Assembly (NCBI GenBank): GCA_003559635.1
Contig: PWKU01000034.1
Span: forward strand, 1-33,622
DNA length: 33,622 nt
Reading direction: 5' to 3'
DNA from: Candidatus Nealsonbacteria bacterium
Lineage (GTDB): Bacteria > Patescibacteriota > Minisyncoccia > Minisyncoccales > PWPS01
Below the pieces are notes generated by a model, which saw only the letters and a list, made by a program, of their open reading frames with translations, did not search any database and was not told the origin of the DNA. This document shows, piece by piece, positions 17,468 to 26,620 of the stretch. Numbering within the stretch: position 1 is the first letter of the stretch; each line of letters starts with the position of its first letter. Both the position numbers and the translations under genes were made by a program.

Positions 17468-20002
17468 GTGTCTTTTTTAAAGAAAATATTTGGTGATCCG
17501 AATGAAAAGTACCTAAAGTCAATAAAACCCCTTGTTTCCGATGTTAATAATTTGGAAAAAGAGCTGGAGGGGCTTACCGACGAAGAGATAGGCGAAAAAT
17601 CGAAAGATCTCCAAAGCAGAGCAAAACAAGAACCACTAGACGGCCTTTTGCCGGAAGCCTTTGCTTTGGCGCGCGAATCGGCAAAAAGAACTTTGAGTCA
17701 ACGGCATTATGATGTCCAAATTTTAGGAGGTATTATTCTCCACCAAGGAAGGACCGCAGAAATGAAAACAGGGGAAGGTAAGACGCTTTCCGCCACTCTT
17801 CCCGCCTATCTGAATGCGCTTACGAAAAAAGGAGTGCATATTGTCACCGTTAACGACTATCTGGCGAGAAGAGATACGGTGTGGATGGGGCAGATATATC
17901 ATTTTTTGGGAATTTCCGTGGCGTGCATAAATGACAGGCAGTCTTTTATATATGATCCCGAGCATAAATCGGGAAGCGAAGAGAAGGACGAGGCTCGTGA
18001 TAAGATGGGGTCGTTTTATGTTGAAGAAGATTTTCTTCGACCGTGCAGTAGAAAAGAAGCTTATCTTGCGGACATAACTTACGGAACGAACAACCAGTTT
18101 GGATTTGATTATTTACGCGATAATATGGCGATTACTTTTGCTGACCGTGTTCAAAGAGGATTTAATTATGCGATAGTGGACGAAGTTGACTCTATCTTGA
18201 TTGATGAAGCGAGAACCCCGCTTATTATTTCGGTTCCCGAAGAAGGGGAGGAGTTTGAAAACAAGAAAGCGATGTACAAGGAGTTCTCACAAATTGTCCC
18301 CAAGCTGGAAGCGGGCACCGACTATGAAATCCATGAGAGAGAAAAAGCGGTAACACTTACCGAGGAAGGGATAGAAAAGGTTGAAAGAATACTGAATGTA
18401 GAAAACATCTATGATGATAAGGGAATAAATTCCGTATATCATTTAGAGCAGGCTCTTCGTGCACAGGCGAAACATCCCGAAACAAAAAAACCGACTTATG
18501 AAAAAGATATCAATTATGTTATTAAAGATGGAGAAGTAATTATTGTTGACGATTTTACGGGAAGGCTTATGCCGGGAAGAAGGTGGTCCGGAGGGCTTCA
18601 TCAGGCGATAGAAGCGAAAGAAGGCTTGGAAATAAAACCGGAGTCCAGTACCATGGCTAGTGTTACATTCCAGAATCTTTTCAGAATGTACGACACAATA
18701 TCCGGAATGACGGGAACGGCGGTAACGTCGGCCGAAGAGCTTTTCAAGGTTTACGGAATGGAGGTTACGATTGTCCCCACAAACAGACCCCTTATAAGGA
18801 AGTCTCTCTCCGATTTGGTTTATAAAACGGAAAGAGCAAAATTTAATGCGGTTGTAGATGAGGTTAAAAGAAGAAATGAAAAAGGGCAGCCGGTTCTTAT
18901 TGGAACGGTTTCAATTGAGAAAAACGAGGTTCTTTCAAAGATGCTTAAAAGAAATGGTGTTCCCCATAAGCTGCTAAACGCTAAAAACCATGAAAAAGAA
19001 GCGGAGATTATTGCTCAAGCCGGAAGACTCGGTGCGGTAACGGTTGCGACAAATATGGCGGGAAGAGGGGTTGATATAATTCTAGGAGGAACTCCTCCCG
19101 AGGAAGAAGAAGCACGGAAGGTGTGTGATCTTGGAGGACTTTTTGTTTTGGGTACCGAGAGGCACGAGGCAAGAAGAATAGACGACCAGCTTAGAGGAAG
19201 ATGCGGGAGACAAGGGGATCCCGGAGAAAGCCAATTTTTTGTTTCACTGGAAGACGATTTGATGAGAATTTTTGGAGCGGAGAAAATAAGTGGACTAATG
19301 AGTCGTTTTAATCTTCCGGATGATATGCCGATTGATGCGAGATATGTTTCGGGAATTATTGAATCGGCCCAAAAGAGGGTTGAGGGGCATCATTTTGACG
19401 CGCGTAAGCATATCTTGCAATACGATGAAGTGTTGTTTAAACACCGCGAAAAGTTTTACAAATTCAGAACCGATATTTTAAAGAGGGCGGAGAACAAAGA
19501 AAGAGGCTCGGAAGAAAGTTTGCGTGCTTACATTCTGGAAATATTTGAGAAGAACGAAAAAGACAAGGAAGAATACTTAAAAAAAGAAGAAGACGTTATT
19601 TCGCGAGTGGGAGACGAAGAGAAAGGAAAAGAAGAAATGAATAATATAGAAAGGTTTGTTATCTTGAGAACGATGGACTTTCTCTGGAAAGACCACTTAA
19701 CAATGATGGAGGAGTTAAGGGAGGCTGTACGGCTTAGAGCCTACGGGCAAAAAGATCCTCTTACCGAATATAAGAGGGAGGGCCATAGAGCCTTTAAAGA
19801 ATTAATGGTCAATATTGAGCTCGAAATTAGCGAAAGGATTTTACGAGTTAATATTGCCAGAACAAGACCCAACACACAAAGAATAGTTATAAGGAAGAAT
19901 GTTGAATCGGAAAATAGTGATTCGGGGAAAAAGAAAACCAAGAGAAACGATCCTTGTTTTTGTGGAAGCGGAAAGAAATACAAAAGATGCCATGGAAAGT
20001 AA
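17468..20002 (+). CDS. secA: Preprotein translocase ATPase SecA
   Basis: MKTGEGKT, DEVDSILIDEARTPLIIS, ATNMAGRG, QLRGRCGRQGDPG and a C-terminal SEC-C motif. Confidence 0.98.
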   Translation: MSFLKKIFGDPNEKYLKSIKPLVSDVNNLEKELEGLTDEEIGEKSKDLQSRAKQEPLDGLLPEAFALARESAKRTLSQRHYDVQILGGIILHQGRTAEMKTGEGKTLSATLPAYLNALTKKGVHIVTVNDYLARRDTVWMGQIYHFLGISVACINDRQSFIYDPEHKSGSEEKDEARDKMGSFYVEEDFLRPCSRKEAYLADITYGTNNQFGFDYLRDNMAITFADRVQRGFNYAIVDEVDSILIDEARTPLIISVPEEGEEFENKKAMYKEFSQIVPKLEAGTDYEIHEREKAVTLTEEGIEKVERILNVENIYDDKGINSVYHLEQALRAQAKHPETKKPTYEKDINYVIKDGEVIIVDDFTGRLMPGRRWSGGLHQAIEAKEGLEIKPESSTMASVTFQNLFRMYDTISGMTGTAVTSAEELFKVYGMEVTIVPTNRPLIRKSLSDLVYKTERAKFNAVVDEVKRRNEKGQPVLIGTVSIEKNEVLSKMLKRNGVPHKLLNAKNHEKEAEIIAQAGRLGAVTVATNMAGRGVDIILGGTPPEEEEARKVCDLGGLFVLGTERHEARRIDDQLRGRCGRQGDPGESQFFVSLEDDLMRIFGAEKISGLMSRFNLPDDMPIDARYVSGIIESAQKRVEGHHFDARKHILQYDEVLFKHREKFYKFRTDILKRAENKERGSEESLRAYILEIFEKNEKDKEEYLKKEEDVISRVGDEEKGKEEMNNIERFVILRTMDFLWKDHLTMMEELREAVRLRAYGQKDPLTEYKREGHRAFKELMVNIELEISERILRVNIARTRPNTQRIVIRKNVESENSDSGKKKTKRNDPCFCGSGKKYKRCHGK

Positions 20003-20028
20003 AGTTTTTTAGCGAAGCAAAGCAAAAC

Positions 20029-20280
20029 GTCTATTAGTGACTATGTAAGAAAGAACAGCGTTGTTTGCAGTTTATCAGAACGAAAGAATTTGGAGCGAGG
20101 CAATAAATCTTCAAAGTAGCTCTCGCAGGCCTGTTGGCATGGTCTTCGACTTTAGTCGAAGCAACAAGCCTAAGAGCGTAGGCTGGCAAATCTCGCTGGG
20201 ATTTGAATAGCCGGTACTTTGAAGATTTAATTGCCGAGTAAAGGTAAGTAGCGCTATTAATTCTTACAGTGATTATTGAC
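20029..20280 (+). ncRNA. Candidate ~250-nt structured RNA (or MITE-like element)
   Basis: Nested stems: 20044-51/20261-68, 20057-68/20244-55 (five G-U), 20099-20118/20215-20235, closing two inner hairpins. Confidence 0.55.
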
Positions 20281-20304
20281 AAAAAGCAGAAAAAGTGCCA
20301 TATT
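20276..20304 (+). promoter_or_regulatory. sigma70 promoter for secDF (leaderless-type)
   Basis: TTGACA-17 nt-(TGc)CATATT, ending 7 nt before ATG 20312. Confidence 0.6.
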
Positions 20305-20311
20305 ATCCATT

Positions 20312-21724
20312 ATGAAAATGAAAAACTCCATCATAATAGCTCTTGTTGCTCTGGTAGTTTTGACCGGTATTATTATTTTTCCTACCACTTTCAATAAAGG
20401 GGTAAATTTTATTAACAAAGAAACCTTTCTTTCTCTACCAACGATGAAGGAGCGAGATTTCATGTTTGGTCTTGATCTTCAAGGAGGAGCTTACCTTCTT
20501 TATGAGGCCGACTTTGAAGAAGAGATTCCTTCCGGAGAGAGATTGCAAAGAATGGAGGGTTTAAGAAATCTTATCGAAAGAAGAGTTGACCTTTACGGCA
20601 TTGCTGAATCTTCAATACAAGTTAGAGGAGAAAGACTTGTTGTTGAAATTCCGGGAGCTCATGATTTGGATGAAGCGATAGACATTATTGGGGAAACTCC
20701 GTTTTTGGATTTTCGTGAAATGTCAACGGAAATTCAAGAAAAACAAGAAGAAAAATGGGAAGAGATTGCGGACCATTTCGGAAAAAGTATTGATGAGATA
20801 ACTCTTGAAGATATAATGGAATTGGAGGAGGCAGATATAGAAGATTGGGAAATTGTGATGAGTGACCCCTATGTGGAAACCAGTCTTACGGGGAGACATC
20901 TTAAAAATGCGGGCGTTTCAATGCATCCTATTACCCAAGATCCCGTAATTGTACTAAATTTTAATGAAGAAGGAGCGGAGCTTTTTGAAGCGATTACTGC
21001 AAGGAATGTAGGGAAGCCACTGGCAACGTTTTTGGACGGTGAAATTTTGCAAGAAGCTACGGTCCAAGAAAAGATAACGGGAGGAGAAGCACAGATCACG
21101 GGACAATTTACCGTAGAAGAAGCCTATACCATAGCGAGAGATCTCAGAATTGGCGCTTTGCCGGTTCCTATTGAACTTCTCTCTCAACAAAGCATCGGCC
21201 CCGCGCTCGGAGAAGAGTCTTTAGACGTTTCTCTTAGAGCCGGTATTCTGGGACTTTTGCTGGTTGCCGGATTTATGATTTTTGTTTACCGTTTGCCGGG
21301 ACTTTTGTCTGTAATTTCTCTTTGTATATACGTTCTATTTGTTATTTTCCTCTTTAAGGTTGTTCCCGTGACACTGACCCTTTCCGGAATTGCGGGGTTT
21401 ATTCTTTCCATAGGAATGGCGATTGATGCTAATATTTTGATTATTTCCAGAATGAGAGAAGAAATCAGAGAAGGAAAAAGCATAAGCAAAAGTATTGATG
21501 AGGGATACAAAAGAGCTTGGACTTCGATACGGGACGGAAATATTACAACTCTAATGGTAGCGATTATTCTTTTCTTTATTACCACCAGTTTTGTCCGCGG
21601 GTTTGCCATCACATTGATTTTGGGAATAGTAGTCAGTCTTTTTTGCGCAATGATTATAAATAGAATACTTCTGTTTTTTGCCGAAGAAAGTAGATTGTCA
21701 AAAATTAAGGATTTGTGGGTGTAA
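20312..21724 (+). CDS. secD: Protein translocase subunit SecD
   Basis: GLDLQGG, GALPVP, IGPALG, GMAIDANI and DGNITT motifs. Start at ATG 20312 (or 20318). Confidence 0.96.
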   Translation: MKMKNSIIIALVALVVLTGIIIFPTTFNKGVNFINKETFLSLPTMKERDFMFGLDLQGGAYLLYEADFEEEIPSGERLQRMEGLRNLIERRVDLYGIAESSIQVRGERLVVEIPGAHDLDEAIDIIGETPFLDFREMSTEIQEKQEEKWEEIADHFGKSIDEITLEDIMELEEADIEDWEIVMSDPYVETSLTGRHLKNAGVSMHPITQDPVIVLNFNEEGAELFEAITARNVGKPLATFLDGEILQEATVQEKITGGEAQITGQFTVEEAYTIARDLRIGALPVPIELLSQQSIGPALGEESLDVSLRAGILGLLLVAGFMIFVYRLPGLLSVISLCIYVLFVIFLFKVVPVTLTLSGIAGFILSIGMAIDANILIISRMREEIREGKSISKSIDEGYKRAWTSIRDGNITTLMVAIILFFITTSFVRGFAITLILGIVVSLFCAMIINRILLFFAEESRLSKIKDLWV

Positions 21725-21728
21725 AAAT

Positions 21729-22625
21729 ATGAAATTTCAATTTACAAAATATAGAAAGTTTTACTACGGTGCTTCAACGCTCCTTGTCCTCTTTAGCTTA
21801 CTGGCGATTGTTTTTTTGGGACTTGTTCCCGGGATTGAATTTGTGGGAGGAAGTGTTTTGGAAGTGGAATATGAAGAAGAAAGACCTTCACTGGAAGATG
21901 TACGTCTTATAGTAAGTCAGCTGGGATTACAAGAAGTTAATGTTCAGCCTCTTGGAGAAACAGGATTTTTAATAAGGACGGAAAGCGCGGATGAAGAGAC
22001 GCACCGAAAAATAATGAACATTCTTGAAGGGGCAAAAGAGGTGCAGTTTGAGGCCATTGGTCCCACTGTCGGAGAAGAGCTTAGAAGAATGTCACTTATT
22101 GCAATTTTAGTCGCTTCTCTTTTGGTTGTGATTTATATTATGGTGAGTTTTAAAGAAGAGGACGGATCAATAAGTTCTACAAAATACGGGCTTATCGCTA
22201 CGGGCGTAGCGTTTTTGCATGATGTTTTAATTGTTTTGGGAGTGTTCGCGGTTTTGGGTTATTTTTATGGAGTGCAAGTAACAATTCCAATAGCGGTTGC
22301 GCTTTTGACAACTCTCGGGTATTCAATTAATGATACGGTAGTGATTTTTGACAGAATTCGCGAAAACTTGCGCAGAAACAAAAGTGGCAGAGACAGCCTG
22401 GAAAAAGTAATAAATAATAGTCTTAACGAAACGCTGGGAAGGTCGGTGGGAACCTCGGTAACCACTCTTTTTGTCCTGGTGGCACTTCTCTTCTTCGGCG
22501 GAGCAACTCTTCATTATTTTGTTCTGGCTCTTATCATAGGGATTATTATCGGAACATACTCTTCAATCTTTCTCGCCGGATGTCTGGTTCTTGACTGGAA
22601 TAGTTTGACGAAGAAGTCAAAATAG
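21729..22625 (+). CDS. secF: Protein translocase subunit SecF
   Basis: GIEFVGG, IGPTVGEEL, HDV, GYSINDTVVIFDRIREN and GTYSSIF motifs. Confidence 0.96.
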   Translation: MKFQFTKYRKFYYGASTLLVLFSLLAIVFLGLVPGIEFVGGSVLEVEYEEERPSLEDVRLIVSQLGLQEVNVQPLGETGFLIRTESADEETHRKIMNILEGAKEVQFEAIGPTVGEELRRMSLIAILVASLLVVIYIMVSFKEEDGSISSTKYGLIATGVAFLHDVLIVLGVFAVLGYFYGVQVTIPIAVALLTTLGYSINDTVVIFDRIRENLRRNKSGRDSLEKVINNSLNETLGRSVGTSVTTLFVLVALLFFGGATLHYFVLALIIGIIIGTYSSIFLAGCLVLDWNSLTKKSK

Positions 22626-22633
22626 AGTATAAA
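22604..22633 (+). promoter_or_regulatory. Putative promoter overlapped by palindrome TTTGAC-N6-GTCAAA
   Basis: TTGACG (22605)-17 nt-TATAAA (22628); palindrome at 22604-22621. Confidence 0.45.
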
Positions 22634-22678
22634 TTATCAAGGCTAATTATTCCTAAAATAATTCTAATATATAAAAGC

Positions 22679-23647
22679 ATGTTCAAATATAATACAATTT
22701 GTAAAGAAATTCTAAGTTCTCTTCAAGAAAGGACAAAAGAAATAATTATATGCAGGTTTGGACTTTTTGGAAATGAAAAGAAGACACTTGAAGCTGTCGG
22801 AAAAGATCACCAGGTTACGCGTGAGAGGGTTCGTCAGATTGAAAAAGATGGCATAAAACAAATAAAAAAAAGAACCGGAGACTATAAGGAAGTTTTTTCC
22901 GGCTTTAAAAGTAAATTGGCTGATTTTGGGGGGTTAAAGAGAGAAGATTTTTTAGTTAGCGAGTTAGCGGGAAGCGATGATTGTAAAAATTGTATTATTT
23001 TTCTTTTGACCGTTAGTGGTGATGTCTTCCGAGTTTCCGAAAACAACGAACATCATGCTTTTTGGGCTAGAGATAAAGAGGTTATCAAAAAAGCGAAAAA
23101 AGTAATCGATGACGCTTACAAAACTCTCAAGAAACAAGACAAGCTGCTTTCTCTCGATGGTTTCCAGATCAAAGAAGATGTTTCAAGAGAAGCTCTGAGT
23201 TCTTATTTGGAAATTTCCAAAAGAGTCATCAAAAACGAAGAGGGACTTTTTGGAATCTCTACATGGCCGGAAATAAATCCGAAGGGGATTAAAGACAAGG
23301 CATACCTTGTTTTTAAAAGAGAAAACAAACCACTCCATTTCAAAGAAGTGGCATCTCTTTTGGGCGAGGGGGCAAATCCGCAGACTACTCACAATGAGTT
23401 GATTAAAGATTCTCGTTTTGTTCTTGTTGGAAGAGGGGTTTATGCTCTTTCAGAGTGGGGTTATATGCCGGGAGAGGTGAAAGAGGTTATTCGCACGATA
23501 CTGGAGAAGGAAGGAGCGTTGCTCAAGAACGAAATTATTGTTCGCGTGGAAGAGCAAAGGATAGTAAAGAAAAACACAATAATACAAAATTTAAGCAATA
23601 AAAAGTATTTTATAAGGACGCCTGATGGAAAATATACCGTCGCTTAA
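22679..23647 (+). CDS. Sigma-70 region 4 + HARE-HTH (RNAP delta-like) domain protein
   Basis: N-terminal RFGL.G...TLEAVG...VTRERVRQIE; C-terminal PLHFKE..T.HNELIKD.RFVLVGRG.YAL.EW; no sigma region 2. Confidence 0.85.
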   Translation: MFKYNTICKEILSSLQERTKEIIICRFGLFGNEKKTLEAVGKDHQVTRERVRQIEKDGIKQIKKRTGDYKEVFSGFKSKLADFGGLKREDFLVSELAGSDDCKNCIIFLLTVSGDVFRVSENNEHHAFWARDKEVIKKAKKVIDDAYKTLKKQDKLLSLDGFQIKEDVSREALSSYLEISKRVIKNEEGLFGISTWPEINPKGIKDKAYLVFKRENKPLHFKEVASLLGEGANPQTTHNELIKDSRFVLVGRGVYALSEWGYMPGEVKEVIRTILEKEGALLKNEIIVRVEEQRIVKKNTIIQNLSNKKYFIRTPDGKYTVA

Positions 23648-24971
23648 CGAAATATTCCTATACCAAATTAAACTCGCAGAAAACATTGGCCCCGCCATGG
23701 AAGGCGTGTGGAATTTTTTCTGGACATGGGGGTGGATTGCTCTACCCTTTTTTTTATGGCCGGTCGTTAAATTTCAATGGTTGTATTGGAGAAACAGCTT
23801 GTGGGATGACAATGTAAATAAAAAGATTATTCTGGAGTTTCGTATTCCAAACGAAATCGTAAAACCGATAAGGGCGATGGAGGTTGTCATTACCGGATTA
23901 TGGCAACTATACAAACCTCCAAGCTGGTTCGAGAAGTGGTGGCTAGGAGAGGAGGACCCTTCATTTTCTTTTGAGATTGTGGCGATTGACGGAATTCCTC
24001 ATTTTCTGGTACGTCTTCCCGAGTCGCAAAGGGAAATGTTTGAGCAGCATTTTCATGCTCAATATCCGGAGGCGGAAATATTTGAGGTGGAAGATTATAC
24101 AAAAATGGTTCCTAAAAATGTTCCCAATAAAAGATGGGAACTGTGGGGAAGTGATTACATAATGCCGGGAGGAGATGAGTATCCCATAAAAACATATCGA
24201 GACTTTGAAACGGAACGCGAGCCTACGGAAGAAAAACGCATTGACCCGATGGCCTCTTTAATGGAGGGGCTTACTAAAACAGGGGAAGGAGAGCAGATTT
24301 GGATTATGATAAAAGCAAAACCAATTACGAAGGATACATCGGATTTTCCTGAAAGATCAAAAAAACTTTACGAGAAATTAGCGGGAAGGAAAGAGAAGCC
24401 TCCCTCTCCTCCGCTTTGGCGGCAAATATTGTCAATCTTGACCGGTTACCCAAAAGAGGAAGATGAAAACGGAGAAGATAGCACTATTCCGGTGGAAATG
24501 AAATTAACTCCCGGGGAAAGACAGCTGGTTGAGAGCATAGAAAGTAAAAGAACAAAACATCTTTTTGAGTGCTTTATTCGCCATATCTATATTGCAAGAA
24601 AAGAAAAGTTTTCGATTCCCGCAGGAATTAAAATTCCGATGAGTTACTTTAGCCAATTTAACAATACAGGTCTTGGATTTATAATACCTTACACAAAAAC
24701 AATTACTAAAATTAAACAAAACTGGTGGGATTGGTTTTGGATGTTAAAGAAAAGACTTTATCTTAGAAAGAGAAGAATATTCCGAAATTATATAAGGAGA
24801 GCGCCAGCTTTCTATCCGCTGGTTAGAGGAGAGGAAGTTTTTGTACTAGGTTCCGATGAACTTGCAACTTTGTTTCACTTTCCTTCCAGAATTTCTGTTC
24901 CGCCTTCTGTAATACCGAGAGTTGAAGCAAGAAAGAGAGAAGCTCCGCATAATCTTCCGGTTGAAGAATAA
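23625..24971 (+). CDS. Conserved membrane-anchored protein preceding VirD4-like ATPase
   Basis: N-terminal TM; SFEIV, AQYPEAEI.EV.DY, YPIKTY..F, DPMASL and ELATLFHFP motifs, typical of partners of CPR coupling-protein-like ATPases (recollection). Confidence 0.7.
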   Translation: MENIPSLNEIFLYQIKLAENIGPAMEGVWNFFWTWGWIALPFFLWPVVKFQWLYWRNSLWDDNVNKKIILEFRIPNEIVKPIRAMEVVITGLWQLYKPPSWFEKWWLGEEDPSFSFEIVAIDGIPHFLVRLPESQREMFEQHFHAQYPEAEIFEVEDYTKMVPKNVPNKRWELWGSDYIMPGGDEYPIKTYRDFETEREPTEEKRIDPMASLMEGLTKTGEGEQIWIMIKAKPITKDTSDFPERSKKLYEKLAGRKEKPPSPPLWRQILSILTGYPKEEDENGEDSTIPVEMKLTPGERQLVESIESKRTKHLFECFIRHIYIARKEKFSIPAGIKIPMSYFSQFNNTGLGFIIPYTKTITKIKQNWWDWFWMLKKRLYLRKRRIFRNYIRRAPAFYPLVRGEEVFVLGSDELATLFHFPSRISVPPSVIPRVEARKREAPHNLPVEE

Positions 24972-24982
24972 AAAAACAAAAA

Positions 24983-26620
24983 ATGAGTGATAATGACATA
25001 ACATTTTTCGGATACACAAATTTTCGCAACGAAAAGCGGAAATTTGGGATTAAGCGTGATGATCGGCGTCGCCATTTTTATGCTATTGGTAAAACAGGAA
25101 TGGGTAAGTCGGTATTGCTTGAAAATATGGCTATTCAAGATATCCAGCGAGGAGATGGGGTGGGGTTTATCGACCCTCACGGAGAGGCGGTGGAAAAAAT
25201 ATTAAAATGTATTCCGGAAGAGCGTGTTAATGATATAGTCTATTTTAACCCGGCAGATACGAAAAGAGTTATTGGTTTTAATGTTATGGAAAGAGTGGAT
25301 AAAGATTACAGGCACTTAGTTGCCTCCGGACTAATGGGTGTTTTTAAGAAGATATGGCCAGATGTTTGGTCGGCAAGAATGGAGTATATTCTTAACAATA
25401 CTATTCTTGCTCTTTTGGATTATCCGAATTCCACCCTTTTAGGGATAAATCGGATGATGTCCGATAAAGAATTTCGGGCAAAGGTTATTGAAAAAATCAC
25501 AGATCCGGTTGTGAAATCTTTCTGGACAAAAGAATTCGCTTCGTGGAGCCAACAATACGCTACCGATGCGGTTTCGGCAATTCAAAACAAAGTGGGTCAG
25601 TTCACATCGGTCTCTGTTGTAAGAAATATCATTGGTCAAGTAAACTCAACCATTGATATGCGCGACATCATGAACAATCAGAAGATACTGATAGTTAATC
25701 TTTCCAAAGGAAAAATAGGGGAGGACAATTCGATGCTCCTGGGAGCTCTTGTTATTACCAAGCTTCAACTTGCGGCAATGGAGAGAGTAAACATTCCCGA
25801 AGAGGAGAGAAAGGACTTCTTCTTATATATTGATGAGTTTCAAAACTTTGCGACGCGTTCCTTTATCAATATTCTCTCCGAGGCACGCAAGTATCGGTTG
25901 TCATTAACCTTAGGGCATCAGTATATTGGGCAACTGGATGAATATGATAAAACGGGACATCATATGCGTGATGCAATTTTTGGAAATGTGGGTACTATTG
26001 TCTCCTTCAGGCTGGGAGCCGAAGATGCGGAGTTTTTGGAAAAAGAATTTGTGCCGACTGTGACCATGGATGATATAATCAACCTTCCAAAACACAATGT
26101 TTACACAAAACTGATGATAGACGGAATTTCCGGAAGGCCTTTTTCTGCGGAAACGATGCCTCCCTTTGAGGAAGAAGATGCAGTATCAATTCAGAAGATT
26201 ATTAGGGTGTCAGGGGAGCGTTACGGAACGGACAGGGTAAAAGTGGAAGAAAAATTGTCGCGCTGGCTTGGCGAATTTAAAGAAGCAACCGGAAAGAAGG
26301 AAACAAGCGATGCGGACTTGCCTGGATCCGGCGGAGAGCTTTATGATGCAACATGCACTAAATGCGGTAAAAAAACCAAAGTTCCTTTTGCTCCTGACGG
26401 AAACCGACCGACATTTTGTAAAACATGCAGGAAATCTTTAAAAAATAAGAATGAAAAGAAAAAGGAGAGCGAGGAAGAAGGTGAAAATCCCGAAAATAAA
26501 GACAAAAAAACTTCTTTAAGAGATGCTCTTGAAGAGATAAAAGGAGAGGAAGAAAAAAATAAAGTTAGTGGTCTTAAACAAGCGCTACAAGATGCTTTTA
26601 AAAAGAAAAAGGACGATTAG
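24983..26620 (+). CDS. TraD/VirD4-like (DUF87/HerA-FtsK clade) ATPase with C-terminal CxxC-x17-CxxC zinc ribbon
   Basis: Walker A GKTGMGKS, IDPHG, Walker B YIDEFQNF, SEARKY, GNVGT; CTKC-x17-CKTC. Confidence 0.9.
   Translation: MSDNDITFFGYTNFRNEKRKFGIKRDDRRRHFYAIGKTGMGKSVLLENMAIQDIQRGDGVGFIDPHGEAVEKILKCIPEERVNDIVYFNPADTKRVIGFNVMERVDKDYRHLVASGLMGVFKKIWPDVWSARMEYILNNTILALLDYPNSTLLGINRMMSDKEFRAKVIEKITDPVVKSFWTKEFASWSQQYATDAVSAIQNKVGQFTSVSVVRNIIGQVNSTIDMRDIMNNQKILIVNLSKGKIGEDNSMLLGALVITKLQLAAMERVNIPEEERKDFFLYIDEFQNFATRSFINILSEARKYRLSLTLGHQYIGQLDEYDKTGHHMRDAIFGNVGTIVSFRLGAEDAEFLEKEFVPTVTMDDIINLPKHNVYTKLMIDGISGRPFSAETMPPFEEEDAVSIQKIIRVSGERYGTDRVKVEEKLSRWLGEFKEATGKKETSDADLPGSGGELYDATCTKCGKKTKVPFAPDGNRPTFCKTCRKSLKNKNEKKKESEEEGENPENKDKKTSLRDALEEIKGEEEKNKVSGLKQALQDAFKKKKDD

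Noticed and set aside
20119-20180. raiA-motif RNA (near hpf/secA; contains TCGCAGGC and GCATGGT)
   Set aside because: Only short word matches to the motif as I recall it; spacing and other conserved segments are absent. cmscan is needed to exclude it formally.
20003-20280. tmRNA gene on the minus strand (tag-like frame ANNAVLSYIVTNRRFALLR*)
   Set aside because: No GGGG 5' acceptor end upstream and no T-arm/CCA end; the 3' part would run into secA, and G-U pairs favour the + strand.
20034-20282. 82-aa minus-strand ORF in the secA-secD gap
   Set aside because: TTG start, atypical composition; the region is better explained by secondary structure.
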